DNA of 64,000 nucleotides from an uncultured Flammeovirgaceae bacterium (GCA_913046795.1 CAJWTC010000002.1:1994-65993); one strand, 5' to 3'; counted from the first letter of the stretch, positions 28,000 through 36,516 are shown. Made by a program: numbers and translations. The notes: generated by a model from the sequence alone, not told the origin.

Positions 28000-29512
28000 A
28001 TTTTAATGTGAAAACAGAACCATTACCGTATTTACTTTTAACTACTATACTAGCTCCCAATTTATTAACAATATTTTTTACGTAAGAAAGACCTAATCCA
28101 AAACCTTTAACATTATGGATGTTCCCCTGAGGTTCCCTATAGAATTTATCAAAAACCTTATCTATATTGCCTTTTTTAATTCCAATGCCATTATCTCTGA
28201 TTGAAACCTTTAATGATGAAGAATTATTACTTGATTCAATAATTATAATAGGTTTGTCCTCTGAGTACTTGTAAGCATTCTCAATCAGATTATTAAAAAC
28301 ATTAGTTAGGTGGTCTTTATTACCTTTAATAACTGGGTTATCTGCATTAAGTTTTTTGATTATCTTGCCTTCTTTTTTTTCAACTTTAAAGTTGAATATA
28401 TTAACTGACTCATTAATTATATCATGAATATTAACTTGGTGTCTATCTAACTTATAACTTTCCTTCTCAGTCCGAGCAATGTTAAGAACTCTCTCAACTT
28501 GGCTTGCCAACCTTTTATTCTCCTCATCAATTATATTAACATAATCATCTTTATTATTTTTATTATCAATCATAGCTTCACATGCAAGAGATATTGTTGA
28601 GATAGGAGTCTTTAACTCATGAGTCATGTTATCAATAAAATCATTTTTGATATCGGAAAGTTTTTTAAGCTGAAATGCTTTTACAATAACATAATAGAAA
28701 GATAATGCTATTAGAATTATGAATAAAAAAGAGAAAATTAGACCGTATATATTATTATCTCTCAAATAATTCTCTTTGGATGGAAAATTCAAAAACAAAA
28801 CTAGATTTGAGTCAATCAGATCATTTTGAAATAGACTGATCGAAAACTTTGATTTAATAACATCTGCATCATCAGTATTAGATATTAAAATACTATTTTT
28901 TTCTTCATCAAGTATTAGGTAGTCATAATCGATTTTAATATTCTTCTGTTTCAAAGTCGTCTTAATAAGTTTATCTATAGACTTCTGATTTAATTTAGTC
29001 TTTATATTTCTGTCTCCTGTTAGTAACTTATTTAATATAATTTGTATCATTTCAGATCTATCAAGTACCTTATTTATTTGTTTTTGTATCGAAGTATCTA
29101 CAGTAATCTCATTAAAGTCTTCAACCAGAATTGAGGCATTTATATTATCCTCAGAATCAATACCATCTACGCTACCAGATTCCAGATCAAACTGTAGAGA
29201 ATTTTGTGTTGATTCAATACCATCTTTATCTATAGTTCTTTTATTAAAAACACTTTCTATAAGCTCTACCCCACCTGTCTCATTACTTCTACTAATTTTA
29301 AAAGTAGCTTGAAGGTTATCTCTTGTCAAATTAATTATCTCCCGCTCTTCTAATTTTTGATTAATTATAAATAAGACATCATTTATGTCTTTATCAAATC
29401 TCTCATCACTTAACTCATCGATCTGGGAAATCCAGCTAAATTGTACTAGTAGAATTGATACCAATGAAATTGCAGTTAACACAACTATCAGTAAAAATTT
29501 ATTTTTATCCAT
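27986..29512 (-). CDS. sensor histidine kinase
   Basis: 508 aa. N-terminal TM, about 230-aa extracytoplasmic region, second TM. H-box FIDNMTHELKTPIS, N-box NLIENAYKY, G-boxes DNGIGI and GFGLGLSYV. 14-nt overlap with the regulator gene. Confidence 0.88.
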   Translation of the reverse strand: MDKNKFLLIVVLTAISLVSILLVQFSWISQIDELSDERFDKDINDVLFIINQKLEEREIINLTRDNLQATFKISRSNETGGVELIESVFNKRTIDKDGIESTQNSLQFDLESGSVDGIDSEDNINASILVEDFNEITVDTSIQKQINKVLDRSEMIQIILNKLLTGDRNIKTKLNQKSIDKLIKTTLKQKNIKIDYDYLILDEEKNSILISNTDDADVIKSKFSISLFQNDLIDSNLVLFLNFPSKENYLRDNNIYGLIFSFLFIILIALSFYYVIVKAFQLKKLSDIKNDFIDNMTHELKTPISTISLACEAMIDNKNNKDDYVNIIDEENKRLASQVERVLNIARTEKESYKLDRHQVNIHDIINESVNIFNFKVEKKEGKIIKKLNADNPVIKGNKDHLTNVFNNLIENAYKYSEDKPIIIIESSNNSSSLKVSIRDNGIGIKKGNIDKVFDKFYREPQGNIHNVKGFGLGLSYVKNIVNKLGASIVVKSKYGNGSVFTLKFDYE

Positions 29513-29580
29513 TATACAAATCTACTGAAAGAAAATTTTTGATATTAAATCATGATAAATTTTAAGTAATTTTAACAAAT

Positions 29581-29655
29581 GGGTCATTAACTCAGTTGGT
29601 TCAGAGTGCTACCTTGACAGGGTAGAAGTCACTGGTTCGAATCCAGTATGACCCA
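29581..29655 (+). tRNA. tRNA-Val (anticodon GAC)
   Basis: 75 nt, folded by hand. Acceptor GGGTCAT/ATGACCC plus discriminator A. D stem ACTC/GAGT. Anticodon stem CTACC/GGTAG with loop TTGACAG. Variable AAGTC. T arm ACTGG-TTCGAAT-CCAGT. No encoded CCA. Confidence 0.9.
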
Positions 29656-29681
29656 CAAATAAGATAACTTAAACAGTAAGG

Positions 29682-30137
29682 CTACATCGAGCCATAAGGG
29701 AGAGATGAATGGTGTAAAATTATTTTTAGAGATTCACCTTCTCTCTTGTAAACAAAGGAATATTCAACTTTAATTTTTATACCTTTCAGATCTGTGAAAA
29801 AATAATTACCCATAGCTATACCTACATTATCAACTAGGTTTATACTATCATTTTTAAACTCGACATCAAGCCATGGTTTTAAAGCAAAACCAGAATCCTC
29901 TGGAAAATCTGTATTATTTCCAATAAAATAAGAAAGAGCCGAATCAAAATCATTTCTAAATTGAAACTCAGATGCCTTTGTAGGTTTAAATTGTACAGTT
30001 CCATTTTTAAAATCGTAGAGAGAATTAATAAAATCAGTTGCCAATTTTTTTGATGTAACAATATCTCCCTTAGACTTACCGAGCTCAACTATACCCTTTG
30101 CCCATTTTTTTTGATAAATATTTATTAAGTCTTTCAC
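29682..30137 (-). CDS. hypothetical protein, possibly NTF2/SnoaL-like fold
   Basis: 151 aa, no signal peptide. The pattern W..G......GNYFF.D..G....VEYSFVY......LKIILHHSSLPY is reminiscent of NTF2-like cone proteins. The family call is weak. Confidence 0.4.
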   Translation of the reverse strand: MKDLINIYQKKWAKGIVELGKSKGDIVTSKKLATDFINSLYDFKNGTVQFKPTKASEFQFRNDFDSALSYFIGNNTDFPEDSGFALKPWLDVEFKNDSINLVDNVGIAMGNYFFTDLKGIKIKVEYSFVYKREGESLKIILHHSSLPYGSM

Positions 30138-30218
30138 TAGAATGTAAGTTTTTAGTTAATAAATTTTATTTAAATTAAATTAATACATTTTTATAACAAC
30201 TAACAATATTAATTAATT

Positions 30219-31049
30219 ATGAATAAACCATTAACCAATATTATTTTATTACTTCTTCTAATATCTTGCAAACTACAGAGACAATTTTTGCCACTAAAAA
30301 TTAATGAAACTTCAGGTCTCGAATATTATGATGGCAATTTTATAACACACAATGACTCAGGAGGTGAACCTGTTCTATATGAGTTTAATAAAGATGGAAT
30401 AATTATTTCTGAATATGAAATCGAGGGTTGTGGAATAAATAATGACTGGGAAGATATAACATCAGATAATAAGAATTTTTATATTTCTAATTCTGGTAAT
30501 AATTTTGGCACTAGAGAAGATCTTGCTGTGTTAATTATTGATAAGGAAAGTGACTTTAAATGCAAAGGTCAAATTCAATATAAATACAAAAACCAAGTCA
30601 AATTCAAGAGTAGAAGCAAACACCCATACGATTCTGAAGGAATAATATCTGTCGGTGATGAATTAGTTATTTTTTCAAAAGACAGACAAAATTTAGTTAC
30701 AAAATTATACATCTTACCTAAAGTGGCTGGTTCTTACGAAATCGAACCATTCCATTCTTACGATGTAAACTCATTAATCACTGGAGCAGATTATGATGAA
30801 ACCCTAAAATTAGTATCACTCGTAGGGTATGATTTTGTTGAAGATGGTGGTGAGTCAGAAAGTCAATACCTTTACACAATAAGTAACTTTAACATAGAAA
30901 ATTTAGATCAATCGATAATTAAAAAATATAAAATTCCAGTTGGAAAAGCTCAGATAGAGGCAGTAAAGATAGTCGACGAGTCAACCTTCTGGATTACATC
31001 AGAAGATGAGGGTAACGGGTTACCAAGATTATTTAAATTTAAAATATAG
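30219..31049 (+). CDS. hypothetical lipoprotein, possibly beta-propeller (SdiA-regulated/phytase-like pattern)
   Basis: 276 aa. Lipobox LLLISC. INETSGLEY...THNDSGG...NDWEDIT...DSEGI...SEDEG repeats suggest blades. The family call is weak. Confidence 0.45.
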   Translation: MNKPLTNIILLLLLISCKLQRQFLPLKINETSGLEYYDGNFITHNDSGGEPVLYEFNKDGIIISEYEIEGCGINNDWEDITSDNKNFYISNSGNNFGTREDLAVLIIDKESDFKCKGQIQYKYKNQVKFKSRSKHPYDSEGIISVGDELVIFSKDRQNLVTKLYILPKVAGSYEIEPFHSYDVNSLITGADYDETLKLVSLVGYDFVEDGGESESQYLYTISNFNIENLDQSIIKKYKIPVGKAQIEAVKIVDESTFWITSEDEGNGLPRLFKFKI

Positions 31050-31054
31050 AGAAC

Positions 31055-31900
31055 ATGGAAGATTTATTAATGGTTAGGACTTTTGGAATAGTGGGCTGCA
31101 TGCTAATAATATCTACGATAACAGCAAGGCTAAACAAAACTTACGAAACATTTACAGAAAAGCTATTAACAATTTTGGGAGCCTTCGCTTCAATAATTAT
31201 GGTATGGGTTTTTGGAGATATATATCCTAATAATATTATTGCATGCGTATTTCTTTCAGGGTTTGTAGGTTGGTCTTTAGGCCCTACCATTGGGTACATA
31301 GGACAAAAGTTTAAATGGAATAAATTTTTAAAAGATAAAGGAGTGAAAACGAAACAGATAAGTAATAAATCTGGTTTCTGGGGAACAAATAATAATAAGC
31401 ATTTCGTCTATTATTTTGAAGGTGACGAGAAAAATTATTTTGGATTAAGATCGAAGAAGATGCGCGCACTTGAGGACGATTTCAATAAAAATGTTTTGTC
31501 TGTTGATAGTGACCCATACAACCAAGTGTGGCAGAATGTTGTATTCCAGGCAATGTTATCAACTTGTATTGCAGTTTTTACAACGATGTTGGTTGTTTAT
31601 ATATCTCCATACAATTTTAATTTTTTAGGGGTAATCCTTTTGGTTTCTCTAATTGCATTAATAATAATGAGAATCTTAAATGCTTATATATTTAAATCTG
31701 CTAAACAGATGCTTTACCAGAGTTATGCTGGCATTGTAATCTTTACACTATATCTAGTATATGATTTTGATAGACTAAAACAGGCTAATATAGCAGGTGA
31801 TAACTCTTGGGGTACGGCAATTGATATAGCCGTTAACATATACCTTGATATAATTAATCTATTTATTGAATTGCTTATTGCAATGAGTGAAAACCAATAA
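31055..31900 (+). CDS. BAX-inhibitor-1/YccA-like membrane protein with a central hydrophilic insertion
   Basis: 281 aa, 7 hydrophobic segments. C-terminal LVYDFDRL...AIDIAVNIYLDIINLFIELL matches the BI-1 hallmark (YDTQ...A..LYLDFINLFL.LL). An about 80-aa polar segment follows TM3. Confidence 0.5.
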   Translation: MEDLLMVRTFGIVGCMLIISTITARLNKTYETFTEKLLTILGAFASIIMVWVFGDIYPNNIIACVFLSGFVGWSLGPTIGYIGQKFKWNKFLKDKGVKTKQISNKSGFWGTNNNKHFVYYFEGDEKNYFGLRSKKMRALEDDFNKNVLSVDSDPYNQVWQNVVFQAMLSTCIAVFTTMLVVYISPYNFNFLGVILLVSLIALIIMRILNAYIFKSAKQMLYQSYAGIVIFTLYLVYDFDRLKQANIAGDNSWGTAIDIAVNIYLDIINLFIELLIAMSENQ

Positions 31901-31902
31901 AA

Positions 31903-31926
31903 AAGGGCATTTTAAAAAACGCCCTT
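31903..31926. terminator. candidate bidirectional intrinsic terminator hairpin between convergent genes
   Basis: AAGGGCATTT-TAAA-AAACGCCCTT. The GGGC/GCCC stem is extended by A:T pairs, with one A.C mismatch. A T-run follows on the minus strand (TTTTTATTGG). It lies between the stop at 31900 (+) and the stop at 31950 (-). Confidence 0.4.
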
Positions 31927-31949
31927 ATATAAATTTTGTAAAAAACTGA

Positions 31950-32618
31950 TTATTTTTTTACCATATCCTGGTACTGGTAGTAGTCACCAACTGGGTACAT
32001 TACATGTGCATAAGGTGAACCTGCGAACATCACATAAGGCTCGCCAGAATTAAAGTCCGTAGTCATGCCATCTAAAGACGCAGGATCCTTTGGCATCCTC
32101 ATCAGATGAGGTCCAGACTCTATCCAGTGTCCTTCAGCTGCATCCTCTTTATTGAGGACCATAGGCTTCGTATTATCCTCACCCATATCTCCATGAAGCA
32201 TCCAAGCGTAACCGTCTTTTGCCATTACCTCTCCAGGAACAGTCCCAGCAAAATATGCACCTATCCACTTAAAAAATTCAGCGTCTCCACATGCAGGCAT
32301 CGCCTCGTGTGGATCAACCCAACCGTTCTCAGGATCTGACATTCCTCTAGGATTTGCAGGCAAACAAGTCCAACCGTTCGTTCCCTCTCTCAATAATTTA
32401 CCTCCCATGTCAGGTGGACCGTCGTACACAGCAGCACCTTCTGCAATAAACTCGGGAGCAGCTGTAGAATATGCCCATACCTGCCACTCTACACTTGTGT
32501 GTGAACCTTCTGGCTCACCATCCATACTCATGCCCATTCCCATATCAGAATTATTTGATGGTGCAGAGCATGCTGCTACAACAAAAATAGTAGCAATCAT
32601 TAAATAAAATTTTTTCAT
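31950..32618 (-). CDS. hypothetical lipoprotein encoded by a compositionally atypical (about 50% G+C) gene
   Basis: 222 aa. Lipobox IFVVAAC, Met-rich DMGMGMSMDG, Gly/Ala/Pro/Trp/Tyr-rich mature part. One ORF spans the whole high-GC block. No family recognised. Confidence 0.75.
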   Translation of the reverse strand: MKKFYLMIATIFVVAACSAPSNNSDMGMGMSMDGEPEGSHTSVEWQVWAYSTAAPEFIAEGAAVYDGPPDMGGKLLREGTNGWTCLPANPRGMSDPENGWVDPHEAMPACGDAEFFKWIGAYFAGTVPGEVMAKDGYAWMLHGDMGEDNTKPMVLNKEDAAEGHWIESGPHLMRMPKDPASLDGMTTDFNSGEPYVMFAGSPYAHVMYPVGDYYQYQDMVKK

Positions 32619-32698
32619 CTTAAATCATTTATAAATTATAATATAAGATCAATTTAAGATAAATTTTAAAAAAGGAAAAAAATGTGGGCTTAAATAAT

Positions 32699-32920
32699 TT
32701 AACCTGAACATTCACCATCTACCCATGACGTTACCCCATCCCTCCCAGCATAACAAGAGTTTGAATAAGTCACGTTATCACACCCACAAACTGGCTTATA
32801 AATTTCTATACAAACTGCATCCTCATCACCACTAGTTTTACAAGGAGATACTGAATCATTAGATTTTTCCGAACAACCAAGTAGAATTAGTGTAAAAAAA
32901 AAGAATAGTATGCTTTTCAT
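32699..32920 (-). CDS. Kazal-like cysteine-rich lipoprotein (paralog 1)
   Basis: 73 aa. Lipobox LILLGC. CIEIYKPVCGCDNVTYSNSCYA....GEC fits the Kazal core C-x-x-x-Y-x-P-V-C-G-x-D-x-x-T-Y-x-N-x-C. Confidence 0.7.
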   Translation of the reverse strand: MKSILFFFFTLILLGCSEKSNDSVSPCKTSGDEDAVCIEIYKPVCGCDNVTYSNSCYAGRDGVTSWVDGECSG

Positions 32921-32922
32921 AA

Positions 32923-33372
32923 TTATATTATTTTAAAGTCAGAAATAGTATAACCAATCTCTTCATCTGCAATCATCTCATCCATATCAAAATATATATC
33001 AATAGGAAAACCATATGTTTGGTCAAACTTTAATGTAAATATAAAGGGATCATCTTTCAGTTTTTCATCAATAATATTAAATAGTTCATCAACGGTCTTC
33101 ACATTCCAATAATCATTATTTAACTGCTCAGGTGTTACTAAATTAGAATTAACTTTTGTTATTTTATTATCTATAACTTCTATGCTGTTGGGTTCTGTAT
33201 CTAGACAGTAACAGGATACAGTAAGAATATATGAATAAGAGTTAATATTTGAATTATTCCACTTTTTTATAGCGGTTGAAAACTCCATCTCTACTGGATC
33301 CAATGTTACAGAGTCTTCAGATGAGCAACCTATAGCAAATAATAAAATTAATATTTTAAGTAAGTTTTTCAT
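32923..33372 (-). CDS. DUF6174-like lipoprotein
   Basis: 149 aa. Lipobox LLFAIGC. YSYILTVSCYC...IEVIDNKI...TVDELFNII...FDQTYGFPIDIYFD...ADEEIGYTISDFK resembles the DUF6174 pattern as I recall it. 2-nt gap to the downstream Kazal-like gene. Confidence 0.5.
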   Translation of the reverse strand: MKNLLKILILLFAIGCSSEDSVTLDPVEMEFSTAIKKWNNSNINSYSYILTVSCYCLDTEPNSIEVIDNKITKVNSNLVTPEQLNNDYWNVKTVDELFNIIDEKLKDDPFIFTLKFDQTYGFPIDIYFDMDEMIADEEIGYTISDFKII

Positions 33373-33407
33373 TTACAGTAAATATCCAATTATAATAATT
33401 TCTAACA

Positions 33408-33614
33408 TTAACATTCACCGTCAGTCCAGGATTTGACTCCATCAATCTCGGCATAACAAGAATTAGAATAGGTATTGTTATCACATCCACATACTGGCTC
33501 ATAGACTGTTAAACAAGCCATTCCGTCTAAAACATCTGTTTTACATGGTAAAGAAGAGTCGTCATTACAACTAAAACTAAAAATTATTAAAAAGGTAAAA
33601 AGTATATTTCTCAT
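33408..33614 (-). CDS. Kazal-like cysteine-rich lipoprotein (paralog 2)
   Basis: 68 aa. Signal LIIFSFSC. CLTVYEPVCGCDNNTYSNSCYA....GEC. 29 of 45 aligned mature positions are identical to paralog 1 (hand alignment). Confidence 0.7.
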   Translation of the reverse strand: MRNILFTFLIIFSFSCNDDSSLPCKTDVLDGMACLTVYEPVCGCDNNTYSNSCYAEIDGVKSWTDGEC

Positions 33615-33643
33615 ACTATCTAAACGAATTAAATAATAAAAAA

Positions 33644-35161
33644 TTATTTTAAAAGACTTTTTCCTGTCATCTCATCAGGTAACCCAATACCCATAATATC
33701 TAATATAGTAGGAGCAATATCACCTAACTTTCCATCATTTAAATTTCTCTTATTATCTGACACATATACTATTGGTACTAAGTTAGTAGTGTGATATGTG
33801 TGAGGAGACCCATCTTTATTTATCATTACATCTGCGTTACCGTGGTCAGAAGTCACAAGAACTTCGTAATCATTTTTGATTGCAGTAGAAACTATTTTAG
33901 ATACCTCTCTATCAATAACCTCACACGCTCTTACAGTGGCATCGATACTACCTGTGTGGCCTACCATGTCGGGATTAGCAAAATTCAAACAAGCAAAATC
34001 AAATGATTTTTTATTTATTTCATCTATAAATTTTTTAGAGATTTTTTCAGCACTCATCTCTGGCTGTAAATCATATGTTGCAACTTTTGGCGACTCACAA
34101 AGAATTCTCGATTCATTTTTGAAAGGCTTCTCCCTGCCCCCTGAAAAGAAAAAAGTAACATGAGGATATTTCTCCGTCTCTGCAATTCTTAACTGAATTT
34201 TATTTTTGTTAGATAAGACTTCACCTAACGTATTTGACAAATTTTCTTTGTCGTAAAGTACAGAGATATTTTTAAACTCATCATTATAGTTTGTCATTGT
34301 CATATACCTCAAATTCATTTTTTTCATTCCGTGAGAAGTCAAATCATTTTGAGTTAAAACCTCAGAGAGTTCTCTCATCCTGTCAGACCTGTAATTAAAT
34401 GAAAAAAGTACATCGCCTTCTCCTAAGACACCAACCGGTTTGTTGTCTTTGTGGCATACTATTGGCTTGATAAACTCATCTGTAACATTATTATCATGTG
34501 ATGCTTCTATAGATTTTATTATGTCTTCACTGGCTACACCTATACCCTTGGTCATCGAGTCAAATGTTAACTTAACCCGCTCCCATCTCTTATCTCTATC
34601 CATTGCATAATACCTCCCACTCACTGTTGACAGGTTAATATTTGTTCCAGAGATATAATCTAATAATTTATTAAACTCTCCAATCGAATCCAGTGGCCCA
34701 GAATCTCTTCCGTCTGTAAATAGATGTAAATTAACCTTCAATTCATTAAACTCTCTCAGAAAATCTAGTACGTAATAGAGATGATCTGAATGCGAGTGAA
34801 CTCCTCCCCTAGATAGAAGGCCCATAACGTGGAAATCTTTATTATTTTTTATGGCGTATTCGACAGATGACAGAAACTCTTTTATCTCTCCAATACCTTT
34901 ATCTGCTAGAGACTTATTCAGCCTGATGAGATCCTGATCCACTACTCTGCCAGCACCTATATTCATATGGCCAACTTCTGAATTTCCCATCTGACCATCG
35001 GGTAGTCCCACGTCAACCCCAGAAGCGGAAAGAGAAGCTGATGGATAATGGTCAATTAAATGATCATAAAATGGTGTGTTTGATTTATGAATTGCAGAAA
35101 CATCTGGATCCTTACCAAGACCCCAGCCATCCATAATTAGAAGAATTACTTTTCTAGACAT
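33644..35161 (-). CDS. gpmI: 2,3-bisphosphoglycerate-independent phosphoglycerate mutase
   Basis: 505 aa. LLIMDGWGL, GNSEVGHMNIGAGR, SGRYYAMDRDKRWERV, TSDHGNAD. Confidence 0.95.
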   Translation of the reverse strand: MSRKVILLIMDGWGLGKDPDVSAIHKSNTPFYDHLIDHYPSASLSASGVDVGLPDGQMGNSEVGHMNIGAGRVVDQDLIRLNKSLADKGIGEIKEFLSSVEYAIKNNKDFHVMGLLSRGGVHSHSDHLYYVLDFLREFNELKVNLHLFTDGRDSGPLDSIGEFNKLLDYISGTNINLSTVSGRYYAMDRDKRWERVKLTFDSMTKGIGVASEDIIKSIEASHDNNVTDEFIKPIVCHKDNKPVGVLGEGDVLFSFNYRSDRMRELSEVLTQNDLTSHGMKKMNLRYMTMTNYNDEFKNISVLYDKENLSNTLGEVLSNKNKIQLRIAETEKYPHVTFFFSGGREKPFKNESRILCESPKVATYDLQPEMSAEKISKKFIDEINKKSFDFACLNFANPDMVGHTGSIDATVRACEVIDREVSKIVSTAIKNDYEVLVTSDHGNADVMINKDGSPHTYHTTNLVPIVYVSDNKRNLNDGKLGDIAPTILDIMGIGLPDEMTGKSLLK

Positions 35162-35220
35162 ATCATGTAAAATTAATTATTGTTTTTAAGTATTTATATT
35201 TACAGTTAAAAGATTTATAA

Positions 35221-35598
35221 ATGATAAAACATTCACTTATTTTATTTTTCTTACTTTACTCTAAAGAAGTCAATGATTTACAGAGCATAATAGAATCATT
35301 TGACGTCATGAACTCCGATGAAATTGTTAATTTTTTTGATAGTAAAACTCAGATAAATATAGAAGGTAACTTATATCAAGAAAATAATTATAAGAGCTCA
35401 TTGATACTTGATAGTTTCTTTAATGATAACGACATATCTTCATTTAATATCATCCATAAAGGAGATTCTGAAGATAAATTAATTTATCTGTTAGGTGAAT
35501 ATTTATCTAGTGATAAAATTTATAAAATTCTTATATTCGTGGACGAAAGTGGTGAAGAGTTAAAAATAAAAGAAATTAAAATAGACCAAAGAAAATGA
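35221..35598 (+). CDS. DUF4783-like small secreted protein
   Basis: 125 aa with a hydrophobic N-terminus. The pattern ...IIHKGDSEDKLIYLLGEYLSSDKIYKILIFVDESGEELKIKEIKI resembles DUF4783. Confidence 0.45.
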   Translation: MIKHSLILFFLLYSKEVNDLQSIIESFDVMNSDEIVNFFDSKTQINIEGNLYQENNYKSSLILDSFFNDNDISSFNIIHKGDSEDKLIYLLGEYLSSDKIYKILIFVDESGEELKIKEIKIDQRK

Positions 35599-36068
35599 TT
35601 GTAAGAACTAAAAAATTTAAAATGGATAAAAGTCTATACATAAAAAAAGGCTTTTTCAATTTGCTCAAGGAACAGTGGTGGGTATTTTTAATCTACATAT
35701 CTCTCTGTTCAATAAATTTTTTCATCCCCTCAATATGGTGGATAATAGGTGCTAGTATAGCACTCTTTCTTTATATATTATTCTGGCTAATTCAATTTTT
35801 TGGAGTAACTCAAGTAGAACAGAGTAGCTATATGTTTGATAGATTATCCTATGAGATCTCTAGTAGCCAGCTCATGATGAAAATAAATAATAAACAAGGG
35901 ATGCCAATTAAGTGGGAGACCATAAAGAGTGTAAAAGTTTTAAATGACTGTTTCCTGTTTAAACTTAATATAGTCCAATATATTGTTTTTCCTTTCAAAG
36001 TATTTAATAATGAAAATGAGATAAGGTTCATCAAAAGTATTCTTAGCAGGAAGGGTTATGTCAAGTAA
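35595..36068 (+). CDS. YcxB-like membrane protein
   Basis: 157 aa. Two adjacent TM helices, then a small C-terminal domain. 4-nt overlap upstream and 11-nt overlap downstream. Confidence 0.45.
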   Translation: MIVRTKKFKMDKSLYIKKGFFNLLKEQWWVFLIYISLCSINFFIPSIWWIIGASIALFLYILFWLIQFFGVTQVEQSSYMFDRLSYEISSSQLMMKINNKQGMPIKWETIKSVKVLNDCFLFKLNIVQYIVFPFKVFNNENEIRFIKSILSRKGYVK

Positions 36069-36516
36069 TGAGGATGGGAAATATAGGGAAGCGGTAGAGC
36101 TAAGCCTTAGATTCTGTGGCTACAGGGAAAGGTCAAAAAAAGAAATTAAAACCAAACTCCAGTCAAAAAATTACACTCTACAACTAATAGAAAAGGTCAT
36201 AAAAAGACTGGAAGAAATTGGCGCATTAGATAATTTGCGTTTTGCCAGAGCATTCTCAAGAGGAAAAAATAAAAGCAATAGATGGGGAAAGGTCAAAATA
36301 AGAAATCATCTGTTCGAAAAAGGATTGGACAACTTTGAGATAGAAGAGGGCATAAATAGTATCGACGAGAAAATATACTACGAAGTTCTTAGAAAGAATA
36401 TAGAGATATATACTAGGAAGAATAATAAGCTAGATAAAAATAAACTCATAGCACACCTACTATACAAAGGATTCTCATCCGATGAAATTTTCAAGTCTAT
36501 TGAACAGCTGACCTAG
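36058..36516 (+). CDS. recX: RecA regulator RecX
   Basis: 152 aa. AVELSLRFCGYRERSKKEIKTKL...LEEIGALDNLRFARAF...GKVKIRNHLFEKGL shows the three-repeat RecX pattern. Confidence 0.8.
   Translation: MSSNEDGKYREAVELSLRFCGYRERSKKEIKTKLQSKNYTLQLIEKVIKRLEEIGALDNLRFARAFSRGKNKSNRWGKVKIRNHLFEKGLDNFEIEEGINSIDEKIYYEVLRKNIEIYTRKNNKLDKNKLIAHLLYKGFSSDEIFKSIEQLT

Noticed and set aside
32106-32607. Two plus-strand ORFs (32106-32339 and 32407-32607) inside the high-GC block. I considered whether the real gene is on the plus strand.
   Set aside because: Only the minus-strand frame is open across the entire 669-nt block, and it begins with a textbook lipoprotein signal. High-GC segments naturally generate long antisense ORFs.
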